This document shows, piece after piece, positions 58,719 through 64,000 of a stretch of 64,000 nucleotides of DNA. Every line of letters starts with the position of its first letter. The first letter of the stretch is position 1. A program made the position numbers and the translations under genes. The DNA is taken from assembly GCA_965198235.1 (NCBI GenBank), contig OZ240248.1, positions 3,360,001-3,424,000 on the forward strand. Reading direction: 5' to 3'. The notes below the pieces were generated by a model. It made no database searches. It was not told the origin of the DNA and worked only from the letters and a program-made list of their open reading frames with translations. Source of the DNA: Candidatus Poribacteria bacterium (lineage in GTDB: Bacteria > Poribacteria > WGA-4E > WGA-3G).

Positions 58719-59504
58719 CTACAAGAGGTTGGCTTTGACGTAATTAACCGCGTTTTTGAAAATCACCAATCCGTCGCCTTCTTCAGAACAGGTCTCTTGG
58801 GTTTTAGCAAGCCGTGTCCAACGTGGATGATTCCATTTTGTCAGGAACCGTTCTGGGTGGGGCATTAATCCGAAAATTTTGCCTGTTGCATCACAGATAC
58901 CCGCAATATTGCTATCGGAACCGTTCGGATTGTTAGGGTATCTACTCTCGGCGTACCGAAACACCACCTGATTGTTTGCTTCTAATTCTGACAGCACATT
59001 TGCTGGTGCAGTAAATCTACCTTCAGCGTGCGCAACGGGGAGATAAACACGCGCTTTGACCCCTTTTGTAAAGACACATGGACTCTCTTGTGTTTCCAGA
59101 TCCACCCACCGACACTCGAATTTCGCTGAGGTATTCATCGCTAACGTCGCGCGCTGCGCCATCTCTGAAGTACCGTTACCGGGCAATAAGCCTGTTCGCA
59201 CAAGCACCTGAAACCCATTGCAGATGCCGATTATTAACTTGTCATCTTCGACAAATTGATTCAGCGCATTCGCCAGTTTGTGTTTCATCTCGACCGCCAA
59301 CAGGATACCCGCCGCAATGTCATCGCCGTAAGAGAATCCACCGGGGATCGCGAGGATTTGATAGTCAGCAAGGTTAACTTTGTCTGATATGAGGTGTTGG
59401 ATATGGACTAACGCTGTCTCTGCACCGACGAGTTGGAACGCCATATCCGTTTCTGCATCGCAGTTAGTACCTGCAGTCCGTAAGATGAGTACCCTTGGTT
59501 TCAT
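58719..59504 (-). CDS. purQ: Phosphoribosylformylglycinamidine synthase subunit PurQ
   Basis: GTNCD, PGGFSYGD, GICNGFQ, AHAEG, NPNGS, MPHPER. Confidence 0.96.
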   Translation of the reverse strand: MKPRVLILRTAGTNCDAETDMAFQLVGAETALVHIQHLISDKVNLADYQILAIPGGFSYGDDIAAGILLAVEMKHKLANALNQFVEDDKLIIGICNGFQVLVRTGLLPGNGTSEMAQRATLAMNTSAKFECRWVDLETQESPCVFTKGVKARVYLPVAHAEGRFTAPANVLSELEANNQVVFRYAESRYPNNPNGSDSNIAGICDATGKIFGLMPHPERFLTKWNHPRWTRLAKTQETCSEEGDGLVIFKNAVNYVKANLL

Positions 59505-59605
59505 TTTTTTAATTTTCCTTGCGGTTCGGTTAGGATGGATATATCAAGAACATTCCTCTCCATATACCCAGCCCGCCCGTTAGTTGGGCTTACAAACTAT
59601 CGTTA
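59505..59605 (-). repeat. 'ACCGAACCGCAAGG' family element ending at the purQ start
   Basis: Homologous to 8028-8146. Confidence 0.8.
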
Positions 59606-62023
59606 ATTAAACAGAAGGGGTGCTTGCCATGCAGATTTGAGAATATCAATTGACGCTTCAACTATCGAGTGTCCAGTCTTTCCTTTGATGACGAATTCTG
59701 ATGTGTCTGAAACGGTGCCAAGACAGCCAAGCGGTATTCCCGCCATGTGGTTTTCGTAGGCATGTTGGTGTTGCGGTTCAATCTCCACGAGAAAACGGCT
59801 ATTTGATTCTGAGAATAGGAGGAAGTCGTCAGCGCTGATCTCGTCGCCTGTAGGGATGTCGTCAAGACTCAGAGACATCCCGTACCCACCGGCAAATGAC
59901 ATTTCTGCTGCCGCTACACCGATACCGCCTTCAGAACAGTCATGACACGAGCGCACCAATCCGCTGTTGATGGCAGTACTGAGACGTTCCATTGTCAACT
60001 TGCCTTCACTTGGACGAACGACGGGGGCAGTGTTTCCGACAAAACCGTGGATGTTGAAGTAGTGCGAACCGCCTAATTCAGCGTAAGTGTTGCCGACAAC
60101 ATAAATGAAACTGCCAGGAGTTTTCACGTCCATTGTGACGGCGTGTTGAATGTCGGGCATAACACAGATGGCAGATATGAGGAGTGTTGATGGAATCGCA
60201 CGTTGTTCACCGGTTGTAGTGTCCCGGTATTCGTTGTAGAGGCTATCTTTACCGGAGATGAAAGGTGTGCCGTAAGCGGTTGCGATATCATAACATGCCC
60301 TCGCTGCCCGGACGAGTTCACCGAGTCGGTCGGGTTTGTCCGGATTTCCCCAACAGAAATTGTCCAGTAACGCGGTCTTTTCTAACGTTCCACCAACAGC
60401 GATGATATTCCGTAAAGCCTCATCAATCGCCGCTGCTGCGCTGAGATACGGATCCACGTCGCTATATCTCGGATTGATACCGTTCGCAACGATTACACCT
60501 GTTCGACTGCCTAAGACGGGAGTCGTTACGCATGCGTCGCTCGGTCCGTCGTTTTCCGTACCGACAAGCGGATTGATAACCATACCGCCTTGTACACCGT
60601 GATCGTATTGTCGGATAACCGATTCTTTACTCGCGATATTTGGACTTGCGAGAAGTCGCTCGAGGTCATTCGTGTAGGAGGGGTTTTCAACCCCGATTCC
60701 TCCATCTCGCGATGCCATATCCGGGTGCTTCGGCGGCTCCCAAACCGCCTCTTTCACAGGCATCGGTAGTCCGTTGTGGAGAAACTCCATCTCCAAGTCG
60801 GCAACCATTGTGCCTTCGTAGAAAACCTGTAACCTATGCGTATCTGTGAAAGTCCCGAGGACTGTGGCTTCAACGACTTCTGCCTCGCATATTTCCATGA
60901 GTTCATCCAGATTTTCAGGTGGCACAGCGATGACCATGCGCTCCTGTGCTTCGGAGAGCCAGATTTCCCACGGGGCGAGCCCTTCATATTTCAAAGAGAC
61001 GTGTTCCAGATGAACCTCTGCTCCTATATCTTCTCCCATCTCACCAACGGCAGACGAGAACCCTCCGGCACCGCAATCGGTTATGGAGCGATAAAGATTC
61101 CGATCCCGCGCCTGTAAAAGGGCATCGACAATCTTCTTTTCCATAATCGGGTTGCCGATCTGTACCACACTGCCAAGGCTTTCAGAAGTATCGTCCAATT
61201 CTGCAGAGGAGAAGGTCGCGCCGTGAATTCCATCGCGTCCGGTTTGTCCGCCGATTGCAACTACCAGATCACCGGGTTCAACGGATTTCTCGCATCTGTT
61301 TCTCGGTATTAAACCGACATTTCCACAGAAGACGAGTGGGTTTGCGGTATAGCGGGAGTCAAAAAGGATAGCACCGTTCGCCGTGGGAATACCCATTCGG
61401 TTGCCGTAATCACGCACACCAGCGACGACCCCTTTAAAGACACGTTTCGGGTGAAGGGTACCTTTCGGCAGCTGCGCGTAAGGCGTATCCGGCATCCCGA
61501 AACAGAATACGTCCGTGTTTAAAATCGGCTTTGCACCAAGCCCTGTACCGAGTGAGTCGCGAATTACACCGCCTATCCCAGTTCCGGCACCCCCATACGG
61601 TTCAATCGCTGATGGATGGTTATGTGTTTCGACTTTGAAAACGAGATTGAATTGCTCGTCAAATTCGATGATACCGGCGTTATCTGAAAAGACGGAGACA
61701 CACCACGGTTTCGCTATCTCCTCGGTTGCACGTTGAATGAAGGTTGGAAACAAGCCGTCAATCTGCTCTGGTGCTTTCCCTTCTTCGGAATAGAGGATAG
61801 TACTCTTAAAGGTCTTGTGAACACAATGCTCAGACCAAGTTTGGGCGATGGTCTCTATCTCTACATCGGTGGGATTGCGTCCGAGGGTTCCAAAGTGGGT
61901 CTGAATCGTCTGCATCTCGTTTAGATTCAGAGACAGTGTTCCTTCTCGGCTGATACGCATCAACTCGGTATCATCGGCAGTTAAAATCTCTATTTCTTTT
62001 TTTAAACTATTAAATCTGGTCAT
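59603..62023 (-). CDS. purL: Phosphoribosylformylglycinamidine synthase subunit PurL
   Basis: WSEHCVHK, KVETHNHPS, GRDGIHGATF, DCGAGG, SEAQERM, HDCSEGG. Start is ATG 62023 or GTG 62041. Confidence 0.95.
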   Translation of the reverse strand: MTRFNSLKKEIEILTADDTELMRISREGTLSLNLNEMQTIQTHFGTLGRNPTDVEIETIAQTWSEHCVHKTFKSTILYSEEGKAPEQIDGLFPTFIQRATEEIAKPWCVSVFSDNAGIIEFDEQFNLVFKVETHNHPSAIEPYGGAGTGIGGVIRDSLGTGLGAKPILNTDVFCFGMPDTPYAQLPKGTLHPKRVFKGVVAGVRDYGNRMGIPTANGAILFDSRYTANPLVFCGNVGLIPRNRCEKSVEPGDLVVAIGGQTGRDGIHGATFSSAELDDTSESLGSVVQIGNPIMEKKIVDALLQARDRNLYRSITDCGAGGFSSAVGEMGEDIGAEVHLEHVSLKYEGLAPWEIWLSEAQERMVIAVPPENLDELMEICEAEVVEATVLGTFTDTHRLQVFYEGTMVADLEMEFLHNGLPMPVKEAVWEPPKHPDMASRDGGIGVENPSYTNDLERLLASPNIASKESVIRQYDHGVQGGMVINPLVGTENDGPSDACVTTPVLGSRTGVIVANGINPRYSDVDPYLSAAAAIDEALRNIIAVGGTLEKTALLDNFCWGNPDKPDRLGELVRAARACYDIATAYGTPFISGKDSLYNEYRDTTTGEQRAIPSTLLISAICVMPDIQHAVTMDVKTPGSFIYVVGNTYAELGGSHYFNIHGFVGNTAPVVRPSEGKLTMERLSTAINSGLVRSCHDCSEGGIGVAAAEMSFAGGYGMSLSLDDIPTGDEISADDFLLFSESNSRFLVEIEPQHQHAYENHMAGIPLGCLGTVSDTSEFVIKGKTGHSIVEASIDILKSAWQAPLLFN

Positions 62024-62153
62024 CGTTCCACTTCGTTTCACGATGTTTTTCGGTTAAGTCTGTGACGCTTGGAGATCGGTACGGTTTTCAGAAGAAGACT
62101 CAAATTTTATTAGAAAAACATTTTTGGTTAAGTCTAATGGCTTTAATTCTGAC

Positions 62154-62975
62154 CTATTCCTTAAAGGAAGCCGTTACCCGCGGCATACTTTCCTCACAGG
62201 CAAACCGTTCAATGCTGGAGGCGCCCACGAAGCCGACGGCATCTGTTTTCTCGTTGATAAACGCTGCCTCTGGTGCTTTCGAGATGGGACCGCCGTGTGC
62301 CAAGCAGATAACGTCTGGGTTCACGGTTCTCGCGGCATCGCAAATCTCCTGCACTCGCACCGCCGCACCTTCAAGCGTGAAAGCCGTTTCCGCGCCGATA
62401 GTGCCACCTATCGTTGTTCCCATGTGTGCGATGATAACGTCCGCGCCGACCTTCGCCATATTCTCGGACTCTTCTGGATTGAAGACATAGACGATGGTGA
62501 AAAGATCCATCTCGTGCGCGATACCGATCGTTTCAACCTCTTTATAGAAGCCCATCCCTGTCTCTTCAAGCGTTACCCGAAAAGTTCCATCAATCACGCC
62601 AACGGTCGGGAAGTTATTAACGCCGTCGAAACCGACATCGCGGACCTGCTTAAGGAAGTTGCTCATCCTGCGCGTTGGGTCTGTGCCGTTGACCCCAGCG
62701 ATAACGGGGGTCTCTTTGACAACGGGTAGGACTTCACGCTCCCCCATCTCCATGACGATAGCGTTCGCATCACCGTAAGCCAAAAGTCCTGCACAGGAGC
62801 CGAACCCCGACATCCGATAGCGACCGGAATTGTAAATCACAATCAGGTCGGCGCCACCCTGTTCAGCGAATTTCGCTGTGATACCTGTTCCCGCGCCCAC
62901 AGCGAGTAAGGGTTTGTCTCTATTCAATTCTGTCTTCAGTCGTTCTAAAACCTGATCTCGTCTATAATCTGGCAT
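62154..62975 (-). CDS. Phosphoenolpyruvate hydrolase-like TIM-barrel protein (Tm-1/UPF0261 TIM domain)
   Basis: GAGTGITAK, YNSGRYRM.G.GS.AGLL.YGDAN, NNFPTVG, HGGPI, GASSIER. Confidence 0.85.
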   Translation of the reverse strand: MPDYRRDQVLERLKTELNRDKPLLAVGAGTGITAKFAEQGGADLIVIYNSGRYRMSGFGSCAGLLAYGDANAIVMEMGEREVLPVVKETPVIAGVNGTDPTRRMSNFLKQVRDVGFDGVNNFPTVGVIDGTFRVTLEETGMGFYKEVETIGIAHEMDLFTIVYVFNPEESENMAKVGADVIIAHMGTTIGGTIGAETAFTLEGAAVRVQEICDAARTVNPDVICLAHGGPISKAPEAAFINEKTDAVGFVGASSIERFACEESMPRVTASFKE

Positions 62976-63110
62976 TTTTTAATTATTCCTTGCGGTTAAA
63001 TAACGTGGGTGTTTTTGCTTGGGTGTTTCCCCAGAACTTTGACATGCCTTTCTTGAATCCGCTCTCCATTTCATTACGAGCTGCGTTTTTGGTGCTGTGA
63101 AGATCGGGGA
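62976..63110 (-). repeat. 'AACCGCAAGG' family element ending at a start codon
   Basis: GATCTTCACAGCACCAAAAACGCAGCTCGTAATGAAATGGA matches 10108-10148; ends TTAACCGCAAGGAATAATTAAAAA-ATG. Confidence 0.8.
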
Positions 63111-64000
63111 TTACGCCTCGCGGGATTTCGCCTGTAAACGCGCCGCCTGACCCGGATTCCCGATGTGCATTGTATTGTATGCCTGCTCGGATGACTTGAA
63201 AGGGCCAACACCTTTGTGTCCGTGCCAATCGCCCTGTGCCATAATCGGATTCGTCAAGCCTGTCTCCTGTTCTCGCTGAAGAATCCAGCTCTTCATCCGT
63301 GTTTCGAGAACATTGACGATGTCGGGGTGTGTCTCAGCGAGATTGTTGTTCTCATCGGGATCTTGGATAAGGTTGTAGAGTTCGACAGGGGGTTTGAAGT
63401 GGAAATCCGGTTCAAGCGCGACGATGAGTTTCCATTCAGGGGTACGCCAACCGTGCTTCCGCATCCACGTGCATTCTGTGATATAGAACTCGCTGTCGTA
63501 GGAGGTTATCTCGCCGTTCATTAACGGGGTGAGGCTCTTTCCATCGAATGCGATGTCTGTCTCGATATCTGCTAATTCAAGGAGTGTCGGCACAAGATCT
63601 TTATGTTGATTGTATCCAGCAACCCGTTTTCCGGCAGGTACACGTCCTGGATAACGGATAATGAGCGGTACGTGTAAGGTGACATCGTAAAGTCCATGAT
63701 GGTCGAACCAGCATTCATGGTCGTAGAGGGTTTCGCCGTGGTCTCCGTTGATAACGATGATTGTTTCGTCCAACACGCCGCGCGTTTCAAGCGCATTAAA
63801 GAGCGTCTGGATACACGCGTCCATATAAGCGACTGCGCCATCGTATTGCGCGATGACGTAATCTTTATCGGTAATTCCTTGTGGCATCCATGAAGCGAAG
63901 TAATCGCGAAACGGTTTAAACGCCATCACGGGTTCCATAGAGGTGTTGCTCGGATCGCACTCATCACCGTGGTAAAACACCCGTTCATAAGGGGCAGGCG
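63111..64000 (-). CDS. Sulfatase, C-terminal part (truncated by window end)
   Basis: YDGAVAYMD, GDHGE, HVPLIIR, ELYNL..DP.E..NL. Confidence 0.85.
   Translation of the reverse strand, partial: PAPYERVFYHGDECDPSNTSMEPVMAFKPFRDYFASWMPQGITDKDYVIAQYDGAVAYMDACIQTLFNALETRGVLDETIIVINGDHGETLYDHECWFDHHGLYDVTLHVPLIIRYPGRVPAGKRVAGYNQHKDLVPTLLELADIETDIAFDGKSLTPLMNGEITSYDSEFYITECTWMRKHGWRTPEWKLIVALEPDFHFKPPVELYNLIQDPDENNNLAETHPDIVNVLETRMKSWILQREQETGLTNPIMAQGDWHGHKGVGPFKSSEQAYNTMHIGNPGQAARLQAKSREA

Overview
Bacterial chromosomal window, most consistent with Candidatus Poribacteria. This is an inference from the C-terminal 'KL(A/V)T(V/T)WG.LKK' protein motif and from paralog expansions of sulfatases, PhyH dioxygenases, Gfo/Idh/MocA oxidoreductases and DUF6785/6784-like membrane proteins. 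Positions 0.8-17.6 kb hold a complex I operon (nuoA-H, J-M, N) with no nuoI, a VOC gene inserted after nuoD and an IT-superfamily antiporter between nuoM and nuoN. The rest contains copA, a Uma2 nuclease, GT9/GT1/GT9 glycosyltransferases, pyrK, bioB, an orphan DNA methyltransferase, serS, tRNA-Val/Asp, a TPR-amidase plus GHL10 hydrolase pair, catabolic genes, hicB with a truncated hicA, and purL/purQ. Four things stand out. (i) A compact UvrD-like helicase has a GIY-YIG nuclease domain inserted, next to a small membrane-protein gene. (ii) A dense, modular set of palindromic intergenic repeats repeatedly abuts start codons (TTAAAAA-N-ATG), supplies RBS, start or stop signals, and is sometimes translated in frame (NuoM, PurL, a DUF6785-like protein). 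(iii) An orphan promoter drives a structured leader opposed by a possible antisense promoter at 45.4 kb. (iv) The nuo operon is remodelled. No CRISPR array, rRNA gene or intact transposase was seen. Family assignments come from recalled motifs, not database searches.
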